Assembly: GCF_006345805.1 (NCBI RefSeq)
Contig: NC_043025.1
Location: 2,728,001 to 2,792,000, forward strand
Source: Octopus sinensis
Taxonomy: Eukaryota
DNA length: 64,000 bases
Direction: 5' to 3'
Shown here: positions 25,766-39,469 of the stretch, piece after piece
Numbering within the stretch: the first letter of the stretch is position 1
Layout of the letters: every line of letters begins with the position of its first letter
The notes under the pieces: generated by a model
Seen by the model: only the letters and a program-made list of their open reading frames with translations
Databases searched by the model: none
Told to the model about the DNA's origin: nothing
Made by a program: the position numbers and the translations under genes

Positions 25766-28700
25766 GTGTTTGAGTATGCGTGTGAAGGTATGTGTGTGAA
25801 GGTATGCGTGTGAAGGTATGTGTGTGAAGGTATGTGTGTGAAGGTATGTGTGTGAAGGTATGTGTGTGAAGGTATGCGTGTGAAGGTATGCGTGTGAAGG
25901 TATGCGTGTGAAGGTATGCGTGTGAAGGTATGCGTGTTTGAGTATGCGTGTGAAGGTATGTGTGTGAAGGTATGCGTGTGAAGGTATGCGTGTGAAGGTA
26001 TGCGTGTTTGAGTATGCGTGTGAAGGTATGTGTGTGAAGGTATGCGTGTGAATGTATGCGTGTTTGAGTATGCGTGTGAAGGTATGTGTGTGAAGGTATG
26101 TGTGTGAAGGTATGCGTGTGAAGGTATGCGTGTGAAGGTATGCGTGTGAAGGTATGCGTGTGAAGGTATGCGTGTTTGAGTATGCGTGTGAAGGTATGTG
26201 TGTGAAGGTATGCGTGGGAAGGTATGCGTGTGAAGGTATGCGTGTTTGAGTATGCGTGTGAAGGTATGTGTGTGAAGGTATGCGTGTGAAGGTATGCGTG
26301 TGAAGGTATGCGTGTTTGAGTATGCGTGTGAAGGTATGTGTGTGAAGGTATGCGTGAGAAGGTATGTGTGTGAAGGTATGCGTGAGAAGGTATGTGTGTG
26401 AAGGTATGCGTGTGAAAGTATGCGGGTTTGAGTATGTGTGTGAAGGTATGCTTGTGAAGGTATGCGTGTGAAGGTATGCGTGTGAAGGTATGTGTGTGAA
26501 GGTATGCGTGTGAAGGTATGCGTGTGAAGGTATGTGTTGAAGGTATGAGTGTGAAGGTTGTGAAGGTATGTGTGTGAAGGTATGCGTGTGAGGTATGCGT
26601 GTGAAGGTATGCGTGTTTGAGTATGTGTGTGAAGGTATGCGTGTTTGAGTATGCGTGTGAAGGTATGTGTGTGAAGGTATGCGTGTGAAGGTATGCGTGT
26701 GAAGGTATGTGTGTGAAGGTATGTGTGTGAAGGTATACGTGTGAAGGTATGTGTGTGAAGGTATGCGTGTGAAGGTATGCGTGTGAAGGTATACGTGTTT
26801 GAGTATGCGTGTGAAGGTATGCGTGTGAAGGTATGTGTGTGAAGGTATGCGTGTGAAGGTATGCGTGTTTGAGTATGTGTTTGAAGGTATGCGTGTGAAG
26901 GTATGTGTGTGAAGTTATGCGTGTGAAGGTATGTGTGTGAAGTTATGCGTGTGAAGGTATGCGTGTTTGAGTATGTGTGTGAAGGTATGTGTGTGAAGGT
27001 ATGCGTGTGAAGTTATGCGTGTTTGAGTATGTGTGTGAAGGTATGCGCGTGAAGGTATGTGTGTGAAGGTAATGCGTGTGAAGGAATGCGTGTGAAGGTA
27101 TGCGTGTGAAGGTATGCGTGTGAAGGTATGTGTGAGAAGGTACGCCTGTGAAGGTATGCGTGTTTGAGTATGTGTGTGAAGGTATGCGTGTGAAGGTATG
27201 CGTGTGAAGGTATGCGCGTTAAGGTATGTGTGTGAAGATATGCGTGTGAAGGTATATGTGTGAAGGTATGTGTGTGAAGGTATGCGTGTGAAGGTATGCG
27301 TGTGAAGGTATGTGTGTGAAGGTATGCGTGTGAAGGTATGCGTGTGAAGGTATGTGTGTGAAGGTATGCGTGTGAAGGTATGCGAGTTTGAGTATGTGTG
27401 TGAAGGTATGCGTGTGAAGGTATGTGTGTGAAGGTATGCGTGTGAAGGTATGCGTGTGAAGGTATGCGTGTTTGAGTATGTGTGTGAAGGTATGTGTGTG
27501 AAGGTATGTGTGTGAAGGTATGCGTGTGAAGGTATGCGTGTTTGAGTATGTGTGTGAAGGTATGCGTGTGAAGGTATGCGTGTGTGAAGGTATGCGTGTG
27601 AAGGTATGTGTGTGAAGGTATGCGTGTTTGAGTATGTGTGTGAAGGTATGCGTGTGAAGGTATGCGTCTTTGAGTATGTGTGTGAAGGTATGCGTGTGAA
27701 GGTATGTGTGTGAAGGTATGCGTGTGAAGGTATGCGTGTTTGATTATGTGTGTGAAGGTATGCGTGTGAAGGTATGCGTGTGAAGGTATGCGTGTGAAGG
27801 TATGCGTTGTTGTGAAGGTATGTGTGTGAAGGTACGCCTGTGAAGGTATGCGTGTTTGAGTATGTGTGTGAAGGTATGCGTGTGAAGGTATGCGTGTGAA
27901 GGTATGCGTGTGAAGGTATGCGTGTGAAGGTATGCGCGTGAAGGTATGTGTGTGAAGGTATGCGTGTGAAGTGAAGGTATATGTGGAAGGTATGTGTGTA
28001 AAGGTATGCATGTGAAGGTATGCGTGTGAAGGTATGCCTGTGAAGGTATGCGTGTGAAGGTATGCGTGTGAAGGTATGTGTGTGAAGGTATGCGTGTGAG
28101 AGTATGCGTGTTTGAGTATGTGTGTGAAGGTATGCGTGTGAGGGTATGTGTGTGAAGGTATGCGTGTGAAGGTATGCGTGTGAAGGTATGCGTGTTTGAG
28201 TATGTGTGTGAATGTATGCGTGTGAAGGTATGTGTGTGAAGGTATGCGTGTGAAGGTATGCGTGTTTCAGTATGTGTGTGAAGGTATGCGTTTAAAGGTA
28301 TGCGTGTGAAGGTATGCTTGTGAAGGTATGCGTGTTTGAGTAATTGTGTGAAGGTATGCGTGTGAAGGTATGTGTGTGAACATATGCGTGTGAAGGTATA
28401 CGTGTGAAGGTATGCGTGTGAAGGTATGCGTGTGAAGGTATGCGTGTTTGAGTATGTGTGTGAAGGTATCCGTGTGAAGGTATGCGTGTGAAGGTATGCG
28501 TGTGAAGGTATGCGTGTGAAGGTATGCGTGTTTGAGTATGTGTGTGAAGGTATGCCTGTGAAGGTATGCGCGTGAAGGTATGTGTGTGAAGGAATGCTTG
28601 TGAATGTATGCGTGTTTGATTATGTGTGTGGAGGTATGCGTGTGAAGGTATGTGTGTGAAGGTATGTGCGTGAAGGTATGCGTGTGAAGGTATGTGTGTG

Positions 28701-31700
28701 AAGGTATGTGTGTGAAGGTATGCGCGTGAAGGTATGCGTGTGTAGCTATGCGTGTTTGAGTATGTGTGTGATGGTATGCGCGTGAAGGTATGTGTGTGAA
28801 GGTATGTGTGTGAAGGTATGCGTGTGAAGGTATGTGTGTGAAGGTATGCGTGTGAAGGTATGCGTGTGTAGGTATGCGTGTGAAGGTATGCGTGTGAAGG
28901 TATGTGTGTGAAGGTATGTGTGTGAAGGTATGCGAGTGAAGGTATGCGTGTTTGAGTATGTGTGTGAAGGTATGTGTGTGAAGGTATGCGTTTGAAGGTA
29001 TGCGTGTTTGAGTATGTGTGTGAAGGTATGCGTGTGAAGGTATGCGTGTGAAGGTATGCGTGTGAAGGTATGTGTGTGAAGGTATGTGTGTGAAGGTATG
29101 CGTGTGAAGGTATGTGTGTGAAGGTATGTGTGTGAAGGTATGCGTGTGAAGGTATGTGTGTGAAGGTATTCGTGTGAAGGTATGCGTGTGTAGTTATGCG
29201 TGTGAAGGTATGCGTGTGAAGGTATGTGTGTGAATGTATGCGCGTGAAGGTATGCGTGTTTGAGTATGTGTGTGAAGGTATGTGTGTGAAGGTATGCGTG
29301 TGAAGGTATGCGTGTTTGAGTATGTGTGTGAAGGTATGCGTGTGAAGGTATGCGTGTGAAGGTATGCGTGTTTTGAGTATGTGTGTGAAAGTATGTGTTT
29401 GAAGGTATATGTGTGAAGGTATGTGTGTGAAGGTATGCGTGTGAAGGTATTCGTGTGAAGGTATGCATGTGAAGGTATGTGTGTGAAGGTATGTGTGTGA
29501 AGGTATGCGTGTGAAGGTATGCGTGTGGAGGTATGCGTGTGAAGGTATGTGTGTGAAGGTATGCGTGTTTGAGTATGTGTGTGAAGGTATGCGTGTGAAC
29601 TTATGCGTGTGAAAGTATGCATGTGAAGGTATGTGTGTGAAGGTATGTGTGTGAAGGTATGTGTGTGAAGGTATGCGTGTGAAGGTATGCATGTGAAGGT
29701 ATGTGTGTGAAGGTATGCGTGTGAAGGTATGTGTGTGAAGGTATGCGTGTGAAGGTATGTGTGTGAAGGTATGCGTGTGAAGGTATGCGTGTGAAGGTAT
29801 GCGTGTGAAGGTATGCATGTGAAGGTATGCGTGTGAAGGTATGTGAGTGAAGGTATACGTGTGAAGGTATGCATGTGAAGGTATGTGTGTGAAGGTATGT
29901 GTGTGAAGGTATGCGTGTGAAGGTATGCGTGTGAAGTTATGCGTGTGAAGGTATGCGTGTTTGAGTATGAGTGTGAAGGTATGCGTGTGAAGGTTTGCTT
30001 GTGAAGGTATGTGTGTGAAGGTATGCGTGTGAAGGTATGCTGTGTGAAGGTATGTGTGTGAAGGTATGTGTGTGAAGGTATGTGTGTGAAGGTATGCGTG
30101 TGAAGGTATGCGTGTGAAGGTATGCGTGTGAAGGTATGCATGTGAAGGTATGCGTGTGAAGGTATGCGTGTGAAGGTATGTGTGTGAAGGTATGTGTGTG
30201 AAGGTATGTGTGTGAAGGTATGTGTGTGAAGGTATGTGTGTGAAGGTATGTGTGTGAAGGTATGTGTGTGAAGGTATGTGTGTGAAGGTATGCGTGTGAA
30301 GGTATGCGTGTGAAGTTATGCGTGTGAAAGTTTGTGTGTGAAGGTATGCGTGTGAAGGTATGCGTGTTTGAGTATGTGTGATGGTATGCGTGTGAAGGTA
30401 TGCGTGTGAATGTATGCGTGTTTGAGTATGTGTGATGGTATGCGTGTGAAGGTATGCGTGTGAAGGTATGTGTGTGAAGGTATGCGTGCGAAGGTATGTG
30501 TGTGAAAGTATGCGTGTGAAGGTATGCGTGTTAGAGTATGTGTGTGAAGGTATGCGTGTGAAGGTATGCGTGTTAAGGTATGCGTGTTTGAGTATGTGTG
30601 TGAAGGTATGCTTGTGAAGGTATGCGTGCGAAGGTATGCGTGTGAAGGTATGCGTGTTTGAGTATGTGTGTGAAGGTATGATTGTGAAGGTATGCGTGTG
30701 AAGGTATGCGTGTGAAGGTATGCGTGTTTGAGTATGTTTGTGAAGGTATGCGTGTGAAGGTATGTGTGTGAAAGTATGCGTGTGAAGGTATGCGTGTTTG
30801 AGTATGTGTGTGAAGGTATGCGTGTGAAGGTATGCGTGTTTGAGTATGTGTGATGGTATGCGTGTGAAGGTATGCGTGTGAAGGTATGCGTGTGAAGGTA
30901 TGTGTGTGAAGGTATGTGTGTGAAGGTATGTGTGTGAAGGTATGTGTGTGAAGGTATGCGTGTGAAGGTATGCGTGTGAAATTATGCGTGTGAAAGTATG
31001 TGTGTGAAGGTATGCGTGTGAAGGTATGCGTGTTTGAGTATGTGTGATGGTATGCGTGTGAAGGTATGCGTGTGAAGGTATGCGTGTTTGAGTATGTGTG
31101 ATGGTATGCGTGTGAAGGTATGCGTGTGAAGGTATGTGTGTGAAGGTATGCGTGTGAAGGTATGTGTGTGAAAGTATGCGTGTGAAGGTATGCGTGTTAG
31201 AGTATGTGTGTGAAGGTATGCGTGTGAAGGTATGCGTGGGAAGGTATGCGTGTTTGAATATGTGTGTGAAGGTATGCGTGTGAAGGTATGCGTGTGAAGG
31301 TATGCGTGTGAAGGTATGCGTGTTTGAGTATGTGTGTGAAGGTATGCGTGTGAAGGTATGCGTGTGAAGGTATGCGTGTGAAGGTATGCGTGTGAAGGTA
31401 TGCGTGTGAAGGTATGCGTGTTTGAGTATGTGTGTGAAGGTATGCGTGTGAAGGTATGCGTGTGAAGGTATGCGTGTGAAGGTATGCGTGTTTGAGTATG
31501 TGTGTGAAGGTATGCGTGTGAAGGTATGTGTGTGAAGTATGCGTGTGAAGGTATGCGTGTTTGAGTATGTGTGTGAAGGTATGCGTGTGAAGGTATGCGT
31601 GTTTGAGTATGTGTGATGGTATGCGTGTGAAGGTATGCGTGTGAAGGTATGCGTGTGAAGGTATGCGTGTGAAGGTATGTGTGTGAAGTTATGCGTGTGA

Positions 31701-34700
31701 AGGTATGCGTGTGAAGGTATGCGTGTGAAGGTATGTGTGTGAAGGTATGCGTGTGAAGGTATGCGTGTGAAGGTATGTGTGTGAAGGTATGCGTGTGAAG
31801 GTATGCGTGTTTGAGTATGTGTGTGAAGGTATGCGTGTGAAGGTATGCGTGTGAAGGTATGCGTGTGAAGGTATGCGTGTTTGATAGTATGTGTGTGAAG
31901 GTATGCGTGTGAAGGTATGCGTGTGAAGGTATGCGTGTGAAGGTATGTGTGTGAAGATACGCCTGTGAAGGTATGCGTGTTTGAGTATGTGTGTGAAGGT
32001 ATGTGTGAAGGTATGTCGTGTTTGAGTATGTGTTGAGGTGTGCGTGGTGAAGGTATGCGTGTGAAGGTATGCGTGTGAAGGTATGCGTGTGAAGGTATGC
32101 GTGAAGTATGGGTGTGAAGGTATGAGGTATGTGTGTGAAGGTATGCGTGTTTGAGTATGTGTGTGAAGGTATGCGTGTGAAGGTATGCGTGTGAAGGTAT
32201 GCGTGTGAAGGTATGTGTGTGAAGGTATGCGTGTGAAGGTATGTGTGTGAAGGTACGTGTTTTAGTATGTGTGTGAAGGTATGCGTGTGAAGGTATGCGT
32301 CTTTGAGTATGTGTGTGAAGGTATGCGTGTGAAGGTATGTGTGTGAAGGTATGCGTGTGAAGGTATGCGTGTTTGAGTATGTGTGTGAAGGTATGCGTGT
32401 GAAGGTATGCGTGTGAAGGTATGCGTGTGAAGGTATGCGTGTGAAGGTATGTGTGTGAAGGTACGCCTGTGAAGGTATGCCTGTTTGAGTATGTGTGTGA
32501 AGGTATGCGTGTGAAGGTATGCGTGTGAAGGTATGCGTGTGAAGGTATGCGTGTGAAGGTATGCGCGTGAAGGTATGTGTGTGAAGGTATGCGTGTGAAG
32601 GTATATGTGTGAAGGTATGTGTGTGAAGGTATGCGTGTGAAGGTATGCGTGTGAAGGTATGCCTGTGAAGGTATGCGTGTGAAGGTATGCGTGTGAAGAT
32701 ATGTGTGTGAAGGTATGCGTGTGAGAGTATGCCTGTTTGAGTATGTGTGTGAAGGTATTCGTGTGAAGGTATGTGTTTGAATGTATGCGTGTGAAGGTAT
32801 GCGTGTGAAGGTATGCGTGTTTGAGTATGTGTGTGAAGGTATGCGTGTGAAGTATGTTGTGAAGGTATGCGTGTGAAGGTATGCGTGTTTGAGTATGTGT
32901 GTGAAGGTATGCGTGTGAAGGTATGCGTGTGAAGGTATGCGTGTGAAGGTATGCGTGTTTGAGTATGTGTGTGAAGGTATGTGTGTGAAGGTATGTGTGT
33001 GAAGGTATGCGTGTGAAGGTATGCGTGTGAAGGTATGCGTGTGAAGGTATGCGTGTGAAGGTATGCGTGTGAAGGTATGTGTGTGAAGGTATGCGTGTGA
33101 AGGTATGCGTGTGAAGGTATGCGTGTGAAGGTATGCGTGTGAAGGTATGCGTGTGAAGATATGCGTGTGAATATGTGTGTGAAGGTATGCGTGTGAAGGT
33201 ATGCGTGTGAAGGTATGTGTGTGAAGGTATGTGTGTGAAGGTATGCGTGTGAAGGTATGCGTGTGAAGGTATGCTTGTGAAGGTATGTGTGTGAAGGTAT
33301 GCGTGTGAAGGTATGTGTGTGAAGGTATGCGTGTGATGGTATGCGTGTGAAAGTATGCGTGGTGAAGTTATGCGTGTGAAGGTATGTGTGTGAAGGTATG
33401 CGTGTGAATGTATGCGTGTGAAGGTATGCGTGTTAAGGTATGCGTGTGAAGGTATGCGTGCGAAGGTATGCGTGTGAAGGTATGTGTGTGAAGGTATGCG
33501 TGTGAAGGTATGCGTGTGAAGGTATGTGTGTGAAGGTATGTGTGTGAAGGTATGCGTGTGAAGGTATGCGTGTGAAGGTATGCGTGTGAAGGTATGTGTG
33601 TGAAGGTATGTGTGTGAAGGTATGTGTGTGAAGGTATGCGTGTGAAGGTATATGTGTGAAGGTATGTGTGTGAAGGTATGCTTGTGAAGGTATGCGTGTG
33701 AAGGTATGTGTGTGAAGGTATGTGTGTGAAGGAATGCGTGTGAAGGTATGCGTGTGAAGGTATGCGTGTGAAGGTATGCGTGTGAAGGTATGTGTGTGAA
33801 GGTATGTGTGTGAAGGAATGCGTGTGAAGGTATGCGTGTGAAGGTATGCGTGTGAAGGTATGCGTGTGAAGGTATGTGTGTGAAGGTATGTGTGTGAAGG
33901 TATGTGTGTGAAGAAGGTATGCGTGTGAAGGTATGCGTGTGAAGATGTGTGTGTGAATGTATGCGTGTGAAGGTATGCGTGTGAAGGTATGTGTGTGAAG
34001 GTATGTGTGTGAAGGTATGCGTGTGAAGGTATGCGTGTGAAGGTATGTGTGTGAAGGTATGTGTGTGAAGGTATGTGTGTGATGGGATGCGTGTGAAGGT
34101 ATGCGTGTGATGGTATGCGTGTGAAGGTATGCGTGTGAAGGTATGCGTGTGAAGGTATGTGTGTGAAGGTATGCGTGTGAAGGTATGCGTGTGAAGGTAT
34201 GCGTGTGAAGGTATGCGTGTGAAGGTATGCTGTGAAGGTATGGTGTGTGAAGGTTTGTGTGTGAAGGTACGTGTGTGAAGTATGCGTGTGAAGGTATGTG
34301 TGAAGGTATGCGTGTGAAGTATGCGTGTGAAGGTATGCGTGTGAAGGTATGCGATGTGAAGTTATGCGTGTTAAGGTATGCGTGTGAAGGTATGCGTGTG
34401 AAGTATGCGTGTGAAGGTATGTGTGTGAAGGTTTGTGTGTGAAGGTATGTGTGTGAAGGTATGTGTGTGAAGGTATGTGTGTGAAGGTATGCGTGTGAAG
34501 GTATGCGTGTGAAGGTATGCGTGTGAAGGTATGCGTGTGAAGGTATGCGTGTGAAGGTATGTTTTGTGATGGTATGTGTTGAAGGTATGCGTGTGAAGGT
34601 ATGTGTGTGAAGGTATGTGTGTGAAGGTATGCGTGTGAAGGTATGCGTGTGAAGGTATGTGTGTGAAGGTATGCGTGTGAAGGTATGCGTGTGAAGGTAT

Positions 34701-37700
34701 TCGTGAGATGGCATGCGTGTGAAGGTATGCGTGTGAAGGTTTGTGTGTGAAGGTATGCGTGTGAAGGTATGCGTGTTAAGTATGCGTGTGAAGGTATGCG
34801 TGTGAAGGTATGCGTGTGAAGGTATGTGTGTGAAGGTATGTGTGTGAAGGTATGTGTGTGAAGGTATGTGTGTGAAGGTATGTGTGTGAAGGTATGTGTG
34901 TGAAGGTATGTGTGTGAAGGTATGTGTGTGAAGGTATGTGTGTGAAGGTATGTGTGTGAAGGTATGTGTGTGAAGGTATGTGTGTGAAGGTATGCGTGTG
35001 AAGGTATGTGTGTGAAGGTATGTGTGTTTGAGTATGTGTGTGAAGGTATGTGTGTGAAGGTTTGTGTGTGAAGGTATGTGTGTGAAGGTATGTGTGTGAA
35101 GGTATGCGTCTGAAGGTATGCGTGTGAAGGTATGCGTGTGAAGGTATGCGTGTGAAGGTATGCGTGTGAAGGTATGTGTGTGAAGGTATGCGTGTGAAGG
35201 TATGCGTGTGAAGGTATGCGTGTGATGGTATGCGTGTGAAGATATGCGTGTGAAGTTATGCGTGTGAAGATATGAGTGTGAAGTTATGCGTGTGAAGGTA
35301 TGCGTGTGAAGGTATGTGTGTGAATGTATGTGTGTGAAGGTATGCGTGTGAAGGTATGCGTGTGAAGGTATGCGTGTGAAGGTATGTGTGTGAAGGTATG
35401 CGTGTGAAGGTATGCGTGTGAAGGTATGCGTGTGATGGTATGCGTGTGAAGGTATGCGTGTGAAGGTATGCGTGTGAAGGTATGTGTGTGAAGGTATGCG
35501 TGTGAAGTTATGCGTGTGAAGGTATGCGTGTTAAGGTATGCGTGTGAAGGTATGGGTGTGAAGGTATGCGTGTGAAGGTATGTGTGTGAAGGTATGCGTG
35601 TGAAGTATGCGTGTGAGGTATGGTGTGTAAGGTATGCGTGTGAAGGTATGCGTGTGAAGGTATGTGTGTGAAGGTATGCGTGTGAAGGTATGCGTGTGAA
35701 GGTATGTGTGTGAAGGTATGCGTGTGAAGGTATGTGTGTGAAGTTTGTGTGTGAAGTTATGTGTGAAGGTATGTGTGTGAAGGTATGTGTGTGAAGGTAT
35801 GCGTGTGAAGGTATGTGTGTGAAGGTATGTGTGTGAAGGTATGCGTGTGAAGGTATGTGTGTGAAGGTATGTGTGTGAAGGTATGCGTGTGAAGGTATGC
35901 GTGTGAAGGTATGTGTGTGAAGGTATGTGTGTGAAGGTATGCGTGTGAAGGTATGTGTGTGAAGGTATGCGTGTGAAGGTATGCGTGTGAAGGTATGCGT
36001 GTGAAGGTATGCGTGTGAAGGTATGTGTGTGAAGGTATGCGTGTGAAGGTATGCGTGTGAAGGTATGCGTGTGAAGGTATGCGTGTGAAGGTATGCGTGT
36101 GAAGGTATGCGTGTGAAGGTATGTGTGTGAAGGTTTGTGTGTGAAGGTATGTGTGTGAAGGTATGTGTGTGAAGGTATGCGTGTGAAGGTATGCGTGTGA
36201 AGGTATGCGTGTGAAGGTATGCGTGTGAAGGTATGTGTGTGAAGTATGCGTGTGAAGGTATGTGTGTGAAGGTATGCGTGTGTGAAGGTATGCGTGTGAA
36301 GGTATGCGTGTGAAGGTATGCGTGTGAAGGTATGCGTGTGAAGGTATGCGTGTGAAGGTATGTGTGTGAAGGTATGCGTGTGAAGGTATGCGTGTGAAGG
36401 TATGTGTGTGAAGGAATGTTTGTGAAGGTAAGCGTGTGAAGGTATGTGTGTGAAGGTATGCGTGTGAAGGTATGTGTGTGAAGGTATGCGTGTGAAGGTA
36501 TGTGTGTGAAGGTATGCGTGTGATGGTATGCGTGTGAAGGTATGCGTGTGAAGGTATGCGTGTGAAGGTATGTGTGAAGGTATGCGTGTGAAGGTATGCG
36601 TGTGAAGGTATGCGTGTGAAGGTATGCGTGTGAAGGTATGCGTGTGAAGGTATGCGTGTGAAGGTATGTGTGTGAAGGTATGCGTGTGAAGGTATGCGTG
36701 TGAAGGTATGCGTGTGAAGGTATGCGTGTGAAGGTATGTGTGTGAAGGTATGCGTGTGAAGGTATGCGTGTGAAGTTATGCGTGTGATGGTATGCGTGTG
36801 AAGGTATGCGTGTGTAGGTATGCGTGTGAAGGTATGTGTGTGAAGGTATGCGTGTGAAGGTATGCGTGTGAAGGTATGCGTGTGAAGGTATGCGTGTGAA
36901 GGTATGCGTGTGAATGTATGCGTGTGAAGGTATGTGTGTGAAGGTATGCGTGTGAAGGTATGCGTGTGAAGGTATGTGTGTGAAGGTATGTGTGTGAAGG
37001 TATGCGTGTGAAGGTATGCGTGTGAAGGTATGCGTGTGAAGGTATGTGTGTGAAGGTATGCGTGTGAAGGTATGCGTGTGAAGGTATGCGTGAGATGTTA
37101 TGCGTGTGAAGGTATGCGTGTGAAGGTTTGTGTGTGAAGGTATGCGTGTGAAGGTATGCGTGTTAAGGTATGCGTGTGAAGGTATGCGTGTGAAGGTATG
37201 CGTGTGAAGGTATGTGTGTGAAGGTTTGTGTGTGAAGGTATGTGTGTGAAGGTATGTGTGTGAAGGTATGTGTGTGAAGGTATGTGTGTGAAGGTATGTG
37301 TGTGAAGGTATGTGTGTGAAGGTATGTGTGTGAAGGTATGTGTGTGAAGGTATGTGTGTGAAGGTATGTGTGTGAAGGTATGCGTGTGAAGGTATGTGTG
37401 TGAAGGTATGTGTGTGAAGGTATGCGTGTGAAGGTATGTGTGTGAAGGTATGTGTGTGAAGGTATGCGTGTGAAGGTATGCGTGTGAAGGTATGCGTGTG
37501 AAGGTATGTGTGTGAAGGTATGCGTGTGAAGGTATGCGTGTGAAGGTATGCGTGTGATGGTATGCGTGTGAAGGTATGCGTGTGAAGGTATGCGTGTGAA
37601 GGTATGTGTGTGAAGGTATGCGTGTGAAGGTATGCGTGTGAAGGTATGCGTGTTAAGGTATGCGTGTGAAGGTATGCGTGTGAAGGTATGCGTGTGAAGG

Positions 37701-39469
37701 TATGTGTGTGAAGGTTTGTGTGTGAAGGTATGTGTGTGAAGGTATGTGTGTGAAGGTATGTGTGTGAAGGTATGCGTGTGAAGGTATGTGTGTGAAGGTA
37801 TGTGTGTGAAGGTATGCGTGTGAAGGTATGCGTGTGAAGGTATGCGTGTGAAGGTATGTGTGTGAAGGTATGCGTGTGAAGGTATGCGTGTGAAGGTATG
37901 TGTGTGAAGGTATGCGTGTGAAGGTATGTGTGTGAAGGTTTGTGTGTGAAGGTATGTGTGTGAAGGTATGTGTGTGAAGGTATGCGTGTGAAGGTATGTG
38001 TGTGAAGGTATGTGTGTGAAGGTATGCGTGTGAAGGTATGTGTGTGAAGGTTTGAGTGTGAAGGTATGTGTGTGAAGGTATGTGTGTGAAGGTTTGCGTG
38101 TGAAGGTATGTGTGTGAAGGTATGTGTGTGAAGGTATGCGTGTGAAGGTATGTGTGTGAAGGTATATGTGTGAAGGTATGCGTTTGAAGGTATGCGTGTG
38201 AAGGTATGTATGTGAAGGTTTGTGTGTGAATGTATGTGTGTGAAGGTATGTGTGTGAAGGTATGCGTGTGAAGGTATATGTGTGAAGGTATGTGTGTGAA
38301 GGTATGCGTGTGAAGGTATGTGTGTGAAGCTTTGTGTGTGAAGGTATGTGTGTGAAGTTATGCGTGTGCATGTATGTGTGTGAAGGTTTGTGTGTGAATG
38401 TATGTGTGTGAAGGTATGTGCGTGAAGGTATGCGTGTGAAGGTATATGTGTGAAGGTATGTGTGTGAAGGTATGCGTGTGAAGTTATGCGTGTGAAGGTA
38501 TGCGTGTGAAGGTATGTGTGTGAAGGTATGCGTGTGAAGGTATGCGTGTGAAGGTATGTGTGTGAAGGTATGCGTGTGAAGGTATGCGTGTGAAGGTATG
38601 TGTGTGAAGGTATGTGTGTGAAGGTATGCTTGTGAAGGTATGTGTGTGAAGGTATGCGTGTGAAGGTATGCGTGTGAAGGTATATGTGTGAAGGTATGTG
38701 TGTGAAGGTATGCGTGTGAAGGTATGCGTGTGAAGGTATGTGTGTGAAGGTATGCGTGTGAAGGTATGTGTGTGAAGGTATGTGTGTGAAGGTATGTGTG
38801 TGAAGGTATGCGTGTGAAGGTATGTGTGAAGGTATGTGTGTGAAGGTATGCGTGTGAAGGTATGCGTGTGAAGGTATGCGTGTGAAGGTATGTGTGTGTA
38901 GGTATGCGTGTGAAGGTATGTATTTGAAGGTATGCGTGTGAAGGTATGCGTGTGAAGGTATGCGTGTGAAAGTATGTGTGTGAAGGTATGCGTGTGAAGG
39001 TATGTGTGTGTAGGTATGCGTGTGAAGATATGTGTGTGAAGGTATGCGTGTGAAGGTATGCGTGTGAAGGTATGTGTGTGAAGGTATGCGTGTGAAGGTA
39101 TGTGTGTGAAGGATAAAGGCGGTGAGCTGGCAGAAACGTTAGCGCGCCGGACGAAATGCTTAGCGGTATTTCGTCTGCCGCTACGTTGTGAGTTCAAATT
39201 CCGCCGAGGTCGACTTTGCCTTTCATCCTTTCGGGGTCGATAAATTAAGTACCAGTTACGCACTGGGGTCGATGTAATCGACTTAATACCTATGTCTGTC
39301 CTTGTTTGTCCCATCTATGTTTAGCCCCTTGTGGGTAATAATGAAATAGGTATGTGTGTGAAGGTATGTGTGTGAAGGTATGCGTGTGAAGGTACGCATG
39401 TGAAGGTATGTGTGTGAAGGTTGCGTGTGAAGGTATGTGTGTGAAGGTATGCGTGTGAAGGTATGTGTG
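25766..39469. repeat. ~13.7 kb satellite of a 14-bp unit GTGTGAAGGTATG(C/T), intronic
   Basis: Read directly from the sequence; close to 1000 units by length. Variant unit GTGTTTGAGTATGT. Interrupted by a SINE at 39118-39348. Confidence 0.98.
39118..39348 (+). mobile_element. tRNA-derived SINE (family B) inserted in the satellite
   Basis: GGCGGTGAGCTGGCAGAA head and B-box GAGTTCAAATTCC. Decayed relatives at ~43990-44360 (-) and ~58890-59060 (+). Confidence 0.8.

Noticed and set aside
27013-39314. Long His/Thr-rich ORFs (up to 508 aa, HTHTFTRIPSHAYL repeats)
   Set aside because: The 14-bp satellite has no stop codon on the minus strand (3 units = 14 codons). No splice or start context, so this is a translation artefact.
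25766-39469. CRISPR-like repeat array
   Set aside because: Contiguous 14-bp units with no unique spacers, eukaryotic context and no cas genes.
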